Positions 12,326 to 23,300 of a stretch of 64,000 nt of DNA are shown here, one piece after another. The stretch covers positions 35,096 to 99,095 of the forward strand of contig NIVC01001890.1 in NCBI GenBank assembly GCA_002269645.1. Direction: 5' to 3'. Below the pieces are notes generated by a model. That model made no database searches and was not told the origin of the DNA. It worked only from the letters and a program-made list of their open reading frames with translations. Each line of letters begins with the position of its first letter. The stretch's first letter is position 1. Source of the stretch: Macrostomum lignano (Eukaryota). The translations under genes were made by a program, and so were the position numbers.

Positions 12326-15300
12326 CTACTTCTTGCCACCCCAGGACAGCCAGCCTTTGACAAAGCCAGAGATGCCGCCGCCGCCGCTTTGAGCCGCTGG
12401 CGTCGCAGTCGCCGCTGCCGTTGAAGCCGCAGCCGCCTTACCGCCCTTAGCCTCTCTGGGCAGCTTGTCAGTCAAGTCCGGACACTGCACATGGTTCAAA
12501 GCCAAATCGAAGAATATCGGCTTAGCCGGCGTGGGCACAAACTCCGGCGGCAAAGTGATCAGCTGAGGCACTGCAGTTTGACGCTTCGACGAAGATGATG
12601 TCGACTTAGACGAGGCCCCGGCCTGCAGTTCAGCGAAGTCAAACTGACCGTCGGTTTCGCCGACGTTGGCATCCTCAGTAGATAGCAGAGCGGCAGCCCG
12701 ACACGAGTACTGATCGCCTTCGGCTTTGCGAGCCAATTCTTCTGCAGCTTCCTGCTCTTCGGCTGTGAGAGCGCCCCGAGCATCTCGAGCCTGCTTGCAG
12801 TAGCGAAGGCAGCGCTGCAGCAGGGCCAGGCATTCCGGCAGTCGTTTGGCCGCGAAATGAGCCCGCGACAGTTGGTGGCATTTGTGAGCCCGGTAGAGCG
12901 CCAGCTGGGCCGCCAGCTCAGCCTGGGTGGCTGTGTCTCCCGCCTGTGGATTTAGGAGAGAGGATGGGGATCTGGGAGGCTGGCCCAGCAACTGAGGATC
13001 TGGGAGGCTGGCCCAGCAACTGAGGATCTGGGAGGCTGGACCAGCAACTGAGGATCTGGGAGGCTGGTGGCCCAGGAACTGAGGATCTGGGAGGCTGGCC
13101 CTGCAACTGAGGATCTGGGAGGCTGGTGGCCCAGGAACTGAGGATCTGGGAGGCTGGGCCAGCAATTGAGGATCCGGGAGGCTGGCCCAGCAACTGAGGA
13201 TCCGGGAGGCTCGCCCAGCAACTAAGGATCTGGGAGGGTGTATGCAGTAAAAGAATATTTTATCTGTCGAGCATATAGAGACGCAGCGATATCTTTAATA
13301 TTTATGAGGTCCAGATAAAATGAAATACACAGTCTACGAGCACAAAAGACTAATTGTACTTTGAGCTCACCTGGCACAGCTGCTGCAGATCTGCCAGCGT
13401 CTGCGTCACCGCCTCGTACAGCCTGGCCAACTCCGTGGGCTTCCTGCCGCTGCCGGCGGCCAGCAGCAGATTGCGTCTAATTGTTGCGCGCAGTTTCGTG
13501 TGCGCCACCCAGGCCTGCAGCCGGGGCTCCGATTGGGCTTCGCGTACGCCTTCGCCGGCGCGTTTGATCAGGCTTTCCTGGAATCAAGAGTAATAATTAG
13601 TAAGCGCGGTCATTATTAGTGTATTAAATTGCAATCCAAAAGCACATTTATCATTGCAAGACTTGGAAAACCCGAAAATTGAAAGATCTCGAAGGTCCGC
13701 TATTGAAGGTCCCGAATATAAGTACTTGAAAGATCCACAAGTTTTTATGAAAGATCCAAAGGCTCCATAAAAGATCCCATATGTCCTAAAAAGATCCTAA
13801 AGGTCATATAAAAGATCCTAAAGGTCATATAAAAGATCCTAAAGGTCATATAAAAGATCCTAAAGGTCATATAAAAGATCCTAAAGGTCATATAAAAGAT
13901 CCTAAAGGTCATATAAAAGATCCTAAAGGTCATATAAAAGATCCTAAAGGTCATATAAAAGATCCTAAAGGTCATATAAAAGATCCTAAAGGTCATATAA
14001 AAGATCCTAAAGGTCATATAAAAGATCCTAAAGGTCATATAAAAGATCCTAAAGGTCATATAAAAGATCCTAAAGGTCATATAAAAGATCCCAAACATTC
14101 CATAAAAGATCCCAAAGGTCATATAAAATCACAAAGGTCCCATAAAAGATCCGAAAGGTCATATAAAAGATCGCAAAGGTCCCAGAAAAGATCCCAAAGG
14201 TCCCATAAAAGATCCCAGAGGTCCCATAAAAGATCGCAAAGGTCCCATAAAAGATCCCAGAGGTCCCATAAAAGATCGCAAAGGTCCCAGAAGAGATCCC
14301 AAATGTCCCATAAAAGATCGCAAAGGTCCCATAAAAGATCCCAAAGGTCCCATAAAAGATCCCAGAGGTCCCATAAAAGATCGCAAAGGTCCCAGAAAAG
14401 ATCCCAAATGTCCCATAAAAGATCGCAAAGGTATCAGAAAAAATCCCAAAGGTCATATAAAAGATCCCAAATGTCATAAAAGATACCAAAGGTGATATAA
14501 AAGCCGTACAAGCCAACCTGAATGCTAATCTGAGCTTCATCAGTCTCAGCTTTATCAGCCTCCAATCGCAGCTCCTCCAAAGCAGCCACCAGAGCTCGCA
14601 GCTTCGGCGGCCTCACCAGCACAGTTTCACCCTGCCACACAACTTCGCACACAGCCCGACTATCGGATCGCGTCTGCGCCAGCAAGCTGTCAATCTCGTC
14701 GCTAGCACCATCGTCGCCGCCAATCTGGCGCAGTCGCATCGCTCGCAGATCTTCAACAGCCGTAGCGTCGCCAATATTGTAGGCGCAATAGCGCAATTGG
14801 GGACGCAGCTCGTCAGCTTTAGCTGTGTACACCGCCGCGTCTTCTGGCAGTTGATGCGCCGCGCCGGCCAGGCTGGTGTACAGGTCAACTGCGCCTTGCA
14901 GGTGAGCACCGGCCTCCGGCCATTTCTCTAGCTCGAACAGCAGGGTGCCTTGCATAGCGGCTAGATAGGCCTGTGTGTGTGAGAGATTATCCGTGTGGAT
15001 TAATTTATGATAGTTCCTTTTAAAATCCCTTGGATCCCATAGTCCATTAAATCCCATTCATTTTAAAATCCCTTTGATCCCCTATTCAATGAAATCCTAT
15101 TCATTTAAAATCCCTTTGATCCCCTATTCAATGAAATCCTATTCATTTAAAATCCATTTGATCCCCTATTCAATGAAATCCTATTCATTTAAAATCCCTT
15201 TGATCCCCTATTCAATTAAATCCTATTCATTTAAAATCCATTTGATCCCCTATTCAATGAAATCCTATTCATTTAAAATCCATTTGATCCCCTATTCAAT

Positions 15301-18300
15301 GAAATCCTATTCATTTAAAATCCATTTGATCCCCTATTCAATTAAATCCTATTCATTTAAAATCCATTTGATCCCCTATTCAATTAAATCCTATTCATTT
15401 AAAATCCATTTGATCCCCTATTCAATGAAATCCTATTCATTTAAAATCCATTTGATCCCCTATTCAATGAAATCCTATTCATTTAAAATCCATTTGATCC
15501 CCTATTCAATTAAATCCTATTCATTTAAAATCCCTTTGATCCCCTATTCAATTAAATCCTATTCATTTAAAATCCCTTTTGATCCCCTATTCAATGAAAT
15601 CCTATTCATTTAAAATCCCTTTGATCCCCTATTCCATTAAATCCCATTTATTTTAAAATCCCTTGATCCCCTAATCCATTAAATCCCTTCTATTTTAAAA
15701 TCCTTGATTCCATATTCCATTAAATCCCATTTATTTTAAAATCCCTTGATCCCATATTTCATTAAATCCCTTCTATTTTAAATCCTAAAATCCAATATTC
15801 CTTTAAATCCCACACATTATACGCAGAATAGCCTACCTGAGCCTCCAATTTAGTCTTGGCATCAGCTTTAGCGGCGCACAGCGTCTCCAACAAATTGGCA
15901 TGCCGGGCGGCCTTCTTTAACTTGGAGAATTGGCTAAACTTTTTCCTCTGATCAGTGTTAGCCTCGGATTTCAATTGCATAGCGTAGGCCCACAGTCGTT
16001 CAGCTTCGAATAGAGGAATTTGTAGGCACCGATCGAACTTGATAGCTTCCGGGGTCAGCGGTTTCCGGTGGACTTTACGCCGATCCCCGGCTGGCAGTTT
16101 CAATGATTTTCGTAGGCGAGCAAGACGGCGACTGCAGTATTGACGGTAGCGCTGGTAGTCGCCGTGTCGTAGACCGTGCTGTTGCTGGGCGTCGCGAACT
16201 GTGGCCAGGACTTGAGGGGCAGAGGGGAGGTGGGTGGATTTTGTGTGTATAAAAGGGAGGCTTTGGCTTTCTATATGTGGTGTCCTTTCTTGAGGACCCA
16301 GAAGTTACAACTTTCAAAACTCCACAACCTGGAATCTTTACAACTTGGAATCTTCCCAATCTGGAATCTTCACAACTTGAAGTCTTCACAACTTGGAATC
16401 TTCACAACATGGAATCTTTACCACCTGGAATCTTTACCACCTGGAATCTTTACCACCTGGAATCTTTACCACCTGGAATCTTTACCACCTGGAATCTTTA
16501 CCACCTGGAATCTTTACCACCTGGAATCTTTACCACCTGGAATCTTTACCACCTGGAATCTTTACCACCTGGAATCTTTACAACTTGGAATCTTCATAAA
16601 TCTGGAATCTTCACAACTTGAAGTCTTCACAACTTGGAATCTTCACAACTTGGATGAAATCTTTACAATTTAGAATCTTCACAACTTGGAATCTTCACAA
16701 CTTGGAATCTTTACCACCTGGAATCTTTACCACCTGGAATCTTTACCACCTGGAATCTTTACAACTTGGAATCTTCCCAACTTGAAGTCTTCACAACTTG
16801 AAGTCTTCACAACTTGGAATCTTCACAACTTAGAATCTTCACAACTTGGATCTTCACAACTTGAAATCTTCACAAATTGGAATCTTCACAACCTGGAATC
16901 CTCACAACTTTGAATCTTCACAACTTGGAAAAAATATTTACAACTGGGAATCTTCACAACTTGGAAAAAATATTTACAACTGGGAATCTTCACAACTGGA
17001 AATCTTCACAGATTGGAATCTACCCATCTTGGAATCTTTATAACTCAATCTTCAAAACCTAGAATCTTTACATCTTAGAAACTTAACAACTTGGATGGAA
17101 TCTTCACAACTTGGAAAATTCACAAATAGGAAATGTTTTGGGCAAGTGGCCCAAAAATCTCTACCCAAAAACAAACAGTAATAATTAGATGACAAGGCAT
17201 TTAGCCTTAATAATATAGTCAATGAGCATCTATGAGCATCCTAATATATATTATGCATTAGATATGTATATATATATAGTACCTGAAACCTACAATTATA
17301 ATTTTGAAGCTATTGCTTTTTAGTAAAGTATTTGCCCTTTTGATAACAGTTAGGCCTAATTTTAACAATAAAAAGTTAAAAACTAAATTTTATTTAATAT
17401 TAACTTAAATTAATTCTTTTTAAAATCAATTCAATACATTTATTATATATTATATTATATACTTTATAAGGTTTATTTAGTAATATCTTTATACTTACAC
17501 TGATCTATAAATCAAAAATTGAAAACATTTCTATTAAATAATAAGTTATATAACAATTATAATATTACACAAAACTTGTTATTAGTTATTGGCAAAATAT
17601 ACCAGACATTCTATACTAGTACTAATAGTACTAGGAATCAAATTCCTACTTAGTATAAATAAAGAAACATTTTTCTACTTTTAACCAACCTTTTATATTA
17701 GATAAATTTGAATTATTTTCCTTTACTTTTAAGTTAAAGATTAAGTTAAGGTTATTGCCTTTAATTATTGCCTTTAATCAAGAAACTATCAATAACTTTT
17801 AATATACTAAGTCATATTTATCACTCCTCTATGGTCTTACATAGAATAGAATTTTTGCATGGCAATTTTAAAATAGAAGTTTTTTGGCACTTTAATTTTT
17901 TGAGCAACTTTTATAGGTTTTTCCATATAAAGTTAAAGTGAATACCTAAAAATTATTTAATATTCTTTCTTTAATACTAATATACTGCTTAGTGGTTTTC
18001 TTTTAAAATGCAATAACTTTTTTACTATAATGAGTATAATAATATGGCCAATTAGGGGACAGACAAGATCTTGATCTCAAATTGTCAAGATCTTAGAATT
18101 ATTTAAATCTCAATCTCTATTTTAAATTTTTTTTAAAAATCAAGATGTTTGACTATGTGATTATTGGTGACTATGATATTATCATATATATATTTGATAT
18201 ATCAACTTACCATCAAGCTCAATATTATATAACGATTGTTTTTTTCTTTTATTATTATCATAGTATATATTTAACAAATGACAATATTAACATACTAGAT

Positions 18301-19473
18301 AGAGTAATACAAATACACCTACTAGATGCTAATTAGGCTTATGAATCTTTATTGAATTTTGATTGTCTCAAAAGTACTAGATTTCAAGTCTCAAAAATAT
18401 GATAGGCCTATTGTCCAATCCTTATTGCCAATATAGAGCATTTTCAAATAAGCAATTTTTGCACAAAAAAACTTGGCATAAAAATCATTGAGAATTAAAT
18501 AAATTTGCCTAAAATTTTTGCATTTACAAGTTAGTGTACATAGAATAGATTTAGGATTTTATATAAGAAATTCTATCTTAATTGAGGCCCTGCTAAGCTA
18601 AACTAAGGCAAAACCAAGAGGCTCTTCATATTGCTTGTTCTGGTTCTAGAACCAGGACCAATTTGTAAATTATAGCCTTTTGTCTCCTTAACTAGAGGGA
18701 TATACTTGCAATAAACTCTTAATTATTAAATGAAAATTGCCAAGAAGAAAGTGAAAAAGTGTGCAAATTGAGGCTGTTAAGGGAGTCAAATATTAATAGA
18801 ATTAAATAGTTATACTACTGTTTTTCTTGGAAGATCCAAACCGATTCTGGTTCTAGAATTGCGAATTGGTAATGTGAAGAGGCTTCAACATTCAATTTAA
18901 GAAAAAGAAATTAGACATTGGCCAATGTGAAATTAGTATAAAGTATGCTTATTATTATTATTATTTTCTTGTGCATTTTACTTACTTACTTACTTAGGCT
19001 ACTTATTTACTTACTTAAAACTCAGCCAAGACTGAGTTTTGCAAATATTGTTGCAAAAGTTTTGACTTTTGGTTGTGTTGCTAATAGAGTTATTTATAAT
19101 CAATAGATAAAAGATAAAAAGATAAAAAATAATATATTAGGCATATGCATAACAATTGGTTAGGACTTGAGTTAAAGCTATATTATTTGTGAACTGTATT
19201 TTTTATCATTATGACTTATTTTATTGACTTAACAAATAGTAAAAACAAACTATAATTAATAATAATAGCTGTTGTTTATATTTCTGTCTAAAACCTATTT
19301 CTGCTTGCGAAAATTTTAAAGCATTTAAACTAAATTACCGTTTCATTAACACTAGGCTGGAACATGACATAGTTTATCACTGAAACAAGTCTCTCAGCTC
19401 TGTCAAAATTTAAATTAGGTCACTTACTGTCCAAAGAAAACGTCTGAACTGCATCTGGCACAGCTGATTCCAT
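12326..19473 (-). CDS. SRP68: Signal recognition particle subunit SRP68, ~565 aa; exons 19473-19428, 16210-15837, 14970-14518, 13577-13371, 12943-12326
   Basis: [90 protein letters not shown] and C-terminal GISGFVKGWLSWGGKK; phases 1, 0, 0, 0 are consistent. Confidence 0.95.
12967..13238 (-). repeat. 28-bp minisatellite family A in SRP68 intron 4
   Basis: Reverse complement of the 5968-6528 unit. Confidence 0.92.
13745..14500. repeat. 21-bp minisatellite (AAAAGATCCTAAAGGTCATAT) in SRP68 intron 3
   Basis: Homogeneous block 13790-14090 grading into variant units. Confidence 0.95.
15015..15790. repeat. 42-bp minisatellite (AAATCCTATTCATTTAAAATCCATTTGATCCCCTATTCAATG) in SRP68 intron 2
   Basis: Direct periodicity. 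Confidence 0.95.
16310..17125. repeat. 16-bp minisatellite (TGGAATCTTTACCACC / TGGAATCTTCACAACT) in SRP68 intron 1
   Basis: Direct periodicity. Confidence 0.93.
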
Positions 19474-20361
19474 CGTAGTTAGTTTTTAAATTCAGAATAA
19501 AAACGAAATAGGTAAGTGTAATTTAAGCTTATTAGCCCTGTTGCTTAAGCGGGTCTTCTCGTTAATAATGAGACGCTATCGACGTCGTACTACTACTAGA
19601 TTTTGCTTGCTTTCGTCGTCAGCAGTCAAAAAATTGAGTTTTCGGGGAACCTGTGCACAAGATTAACAAAAAATATGAATTATAAAATATAGCTGCCAGA
19701 TTAAACAATTCTTAAATTTTATTTTGTATTTAAAAAGTGTTTTTTTTACATAATAAAGTTTTTTGTAGAATGAATCATTTATGATACTAAGATGCTGCCA
19801 CATATACAACTTTCAGTAAAATCGTTCATTTATTCTATACTTGCTGTTATCTATTTTTGATACGCATTCGACATAGCTACTGTAAATTTCTATTGCTATC
19901 ACTGTAAATAACATGTGCCTTAGGTGCTATTATCGCTATTCACTCAGAACTGCGTTTATCATTTACGAGTAATTTATAAGATAAAGTTTATAGTACGATA
20001 GGAATGTTTCAGAGCAATAGAAAACGATAACGTTAACGTTATATTTGAGGCAGGTAACCGGGAACGGAAAATAACACCATAATTTTTTGTCTCAATCTGA
20101 ATTATTTTTGCTGATTGTTGACGTAAGAGAATAAGGGAACACTATTATTTCGTTAATTATTGATTTAAAATAAAATTATTGTTTTCCAGTTTTTGGATAG
20201 GTTTGGATTTCGGTTATAATTTTGAAACAACTTTTAAGCTATTTTACACAACCAACTTGTTTACTTATTTGTCAGGAGTTTCAAGAAATACATTAAAAGG
20301 CGAATTACTTTCAATATACTTGTCAAGTCTGTTATTTCCAGTTTAATTAAGTCGGACAGCA
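19474..20361. promoter_or_regulatory. Putative bidirectional promoter region, SRP68 / CCDC33
   Basis: Head-to-head start codons ~890 bp apart; positional inference only. Confidence 0.45.
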
Positions 20362-23300
20362 ATGGCATCTCCTCGAACGCCGCGCACTTCAACTACCGAC
20401 CCTATACGGGATCAGATAACCAGCAGGCGAACCATTGAAAAGAAGGCCCTAGAATTCGACATCACCTTGCACGACGTGTCGTTCAACTATGCCGGTCGAT
20501 ATTTTCTAAGATTAGCCGTGCAATCATCGTTCACCTCGGATCTAAGCGGCCTCCGAGTTCGATCCGGCGGCCCAACCGGACGGCCAACTCGAGGTTTCCG
20601 ATTCGGCGCGGAAGCTCGAACTGAAGTGACCGACCAGTTGCAACAAGACGAGGTTTTTCACATGCAAGACGCTCGATTCTCATTTTACATGCCAGTTGGA
20701 TTTAATAAGAACGATATAAAGCATGACGTATTCCTGCTGATTGAGGCGTTCGACATCAGCGAGACCACCGCCCAATTCCGACGTATTGGCGAAGCCAAAG
20801 TGGCCATTTATCCGCGAACAGACGTTGAAATGAACTTCGATCTAGAGATTGGAGACCCCGTCTATCGGTTGACTATGAAGGCTCCGATTTTGAGGATCAA
20901 TACTCAGGTTAGGGATTTTTTACGTCTTTGACTGCTTGCTTATGGAAGTTGAAAAAGGTGGTTGCTATGGGGGTTGTAGTCTAATGGTTAGAGCGTCGGA
21001 ATCACGACTTAAAGGTCGGAGGTTCGATTCTCGACCCACTCGGAACAATTTGTGTCCTTGAGCAAGACACTTAACTCTGAATTGTTTCAGAGATCACCCA
21101 GTTGTAAAATGAGGGGAGGCTTCATAAGACTGAAATTTCACAACGCCAAAAATTCTGCATGGTCCTTGTTATTTTAAGTTTTCTACGACGTGAAATTTCA
21201 GTCTGATGAAGTTTCGGCTTTAGGAAATTTCGGTCTTGTGAAGGCAGGTGTCTTTTGGCTTTAGGAAATTTCGGTCTTGTGAAGGCAGGTGTCTTTTGGC
21301 TTTAGGAAATTTCGGTCTTGTGAAGGCAGGTGTCTTTTGGCTTTAGGAAATTTCGGTCTTGTTAAGGCAGGTGTCTTTTGGCGTTATGAAATTTCGGTCT
21401 TGTGAAAGCGACCCTAAAATGAGTACCAGCATTAGCTGGGGTAATTGAGGGTGTGTTTGGCGACCCCCCCCCCCAGTCCGTGGACTGAACAGCCGTACGC
21501 AGCCTTCAGATGCGCCGCGCAATAGCTGCAGCTGAGCTGTCGGTTGCACATCTGCCCATTAGGGCAGGTGAAATCAATTATTATTTTTGTTATTAGTGCT
21601 ATAGGGGTTGCGAAAAATCAGTTGCTAGTAGGCGATCAAAGAAGTATTAAGCTGTTAACTTATTTGATGAGGAGCAAGTAGCATTTTGACAACCAAGAAA
21701 ACGCACAGCGCAGCAAAATCCGTTCGCTTACTCCAGACAGCATACTAAGTACATTGGCAATGCGAGCTACAAATTAGTTGCTACAAGCTCGCATCTCCCA
21801 CATCCAACAATCCAATTTAGGATCATCTCCACATGCACTGCGGCTCGCTTAATTTCACCTGCCAACTCAGCGAAGCCTGGCCAATCGAAGTGGACGAAGA
21901 TGGTCCCCCTGAGCCGCAGCCTCGGCCGCCGGTTCGCAAGAAGCCGCCGGAACAGTTGAAGCCGCCGCCTCAGCCGGCTCAGAAGCAGCCGCCGGAACGG
22001 AAGACACCGAGAGGTGACCACGCTCCGCCGCAGAGGCTTCGAGAGGATCCCAACTTGGAGCATCGGTCAGTTGATCCGCTTCAGGGCGGCTGGCGGCTGG
22101 TGTCTGACGAAGGCAAAGAGGAGGTCACGGTGATTGTGCACGGCGGTAACGACATGAAGCATCCTAGTAAGCATAGGATGCCAAGGACCTACGTGACTGT
22201 GTGAGTGTCTTTCTAATGTTGAAGTTGAATCGAATTTCACGAAGGTTGACTATGGTTTGGTTAGCGATTAGAAAATTAGCAAATGTAATAACATGTAGGT
22301 ATCAGTGTCAGATAGCGATAATGGTGAGTGTCAGTTAGTGATAACAGTGAGTGTCAGTTAGCGATAACAGTGAGTGTCAGTTAGCGATAACAGTGAGTGT
22401 CAGTTAGTGATAACAATGAGTGTCAGTTAGCGATAACAGTGAGTGTCAGTTAGTGATAACAGTGAGTGTCAGTTAGCGATAATGGTGAGTGTCAGTTAGT
22501 GATAACAGTGAGTGTCAGTTAGTGATAACAGTGAGTGTCAGTTAGCGATAACAGTCAGTGTCAGTTAGCGATAACAGTGAGTGTCAGTTAGCGATAATGG
22601 TGAGTGTCAGTTAGCGATAATGGTGAGTGTCAGTTAGCGATAACAGTGAGTGTCAGTTAGCGATAACAGTGAGTGTCAGTTAGCGATAACAGTCAGTGTC
22701 AGTTAGCGATAATGGTGAGTGTCAGTTAGCGATAATGGTGAGTGTCAGTTAGCGATAATGGTGAGTGTCAGTTAGCGATAATGGTGAGTGTCAGTTAGCG
22801 ATAATGGTGAGTGTCAGTTAGCGATAATGGTGAGTGTCAGTTAGCGATAATGGTGAGTGTCAGATAGCGATAACAGTGATTGTCAGATAGTGATAACAGT
22901 GATTGTCAGATAGCGATAACAGTGAGTGTCAGTTAGCGATAATGGTGAGTGTCAGTTAGCGATAATGGTGAGTGTCAGTTAGCGATAATGGTGAGTGTCA
23001 GATAGCAATAACAGTGAGTGTCAGTTAGTGATAACAGTGATTGTCAGATAGCGATAACAGTGAGTGTCAGTTAGCGATAATGGTGAGTGTCAGTTAGCGA
23101 TAATGGTGAGTGTCAGTTAGCGATAATGGTGAGTGTCAGTTAGCGATAACAGTGAGTGTCAGTTAGCGATAATGGTGAGTGTCAGTTAGCGATAATGGTG
23201 AGTGTCAGTTAGCGATAACAGTGAGTGTCAGTTAGCGATAATGGTGAGTGTCAGTTAGCGATAACAGTGAGTGTCAGTTAGCGATAATGGTGAGTGTCAG

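Noticed and set aside
18045-18430. Weak inverted repeat in SRP68 intron 1
   Set aside because: Too degenerate and AT-rich, and no TSD found.
20969-21045. tRNA gene (and the copy at 39660-39736)
   Set aside because: Has A and B boxes but no closing acceptor stem or terminator, and continues into a shared SINE body.
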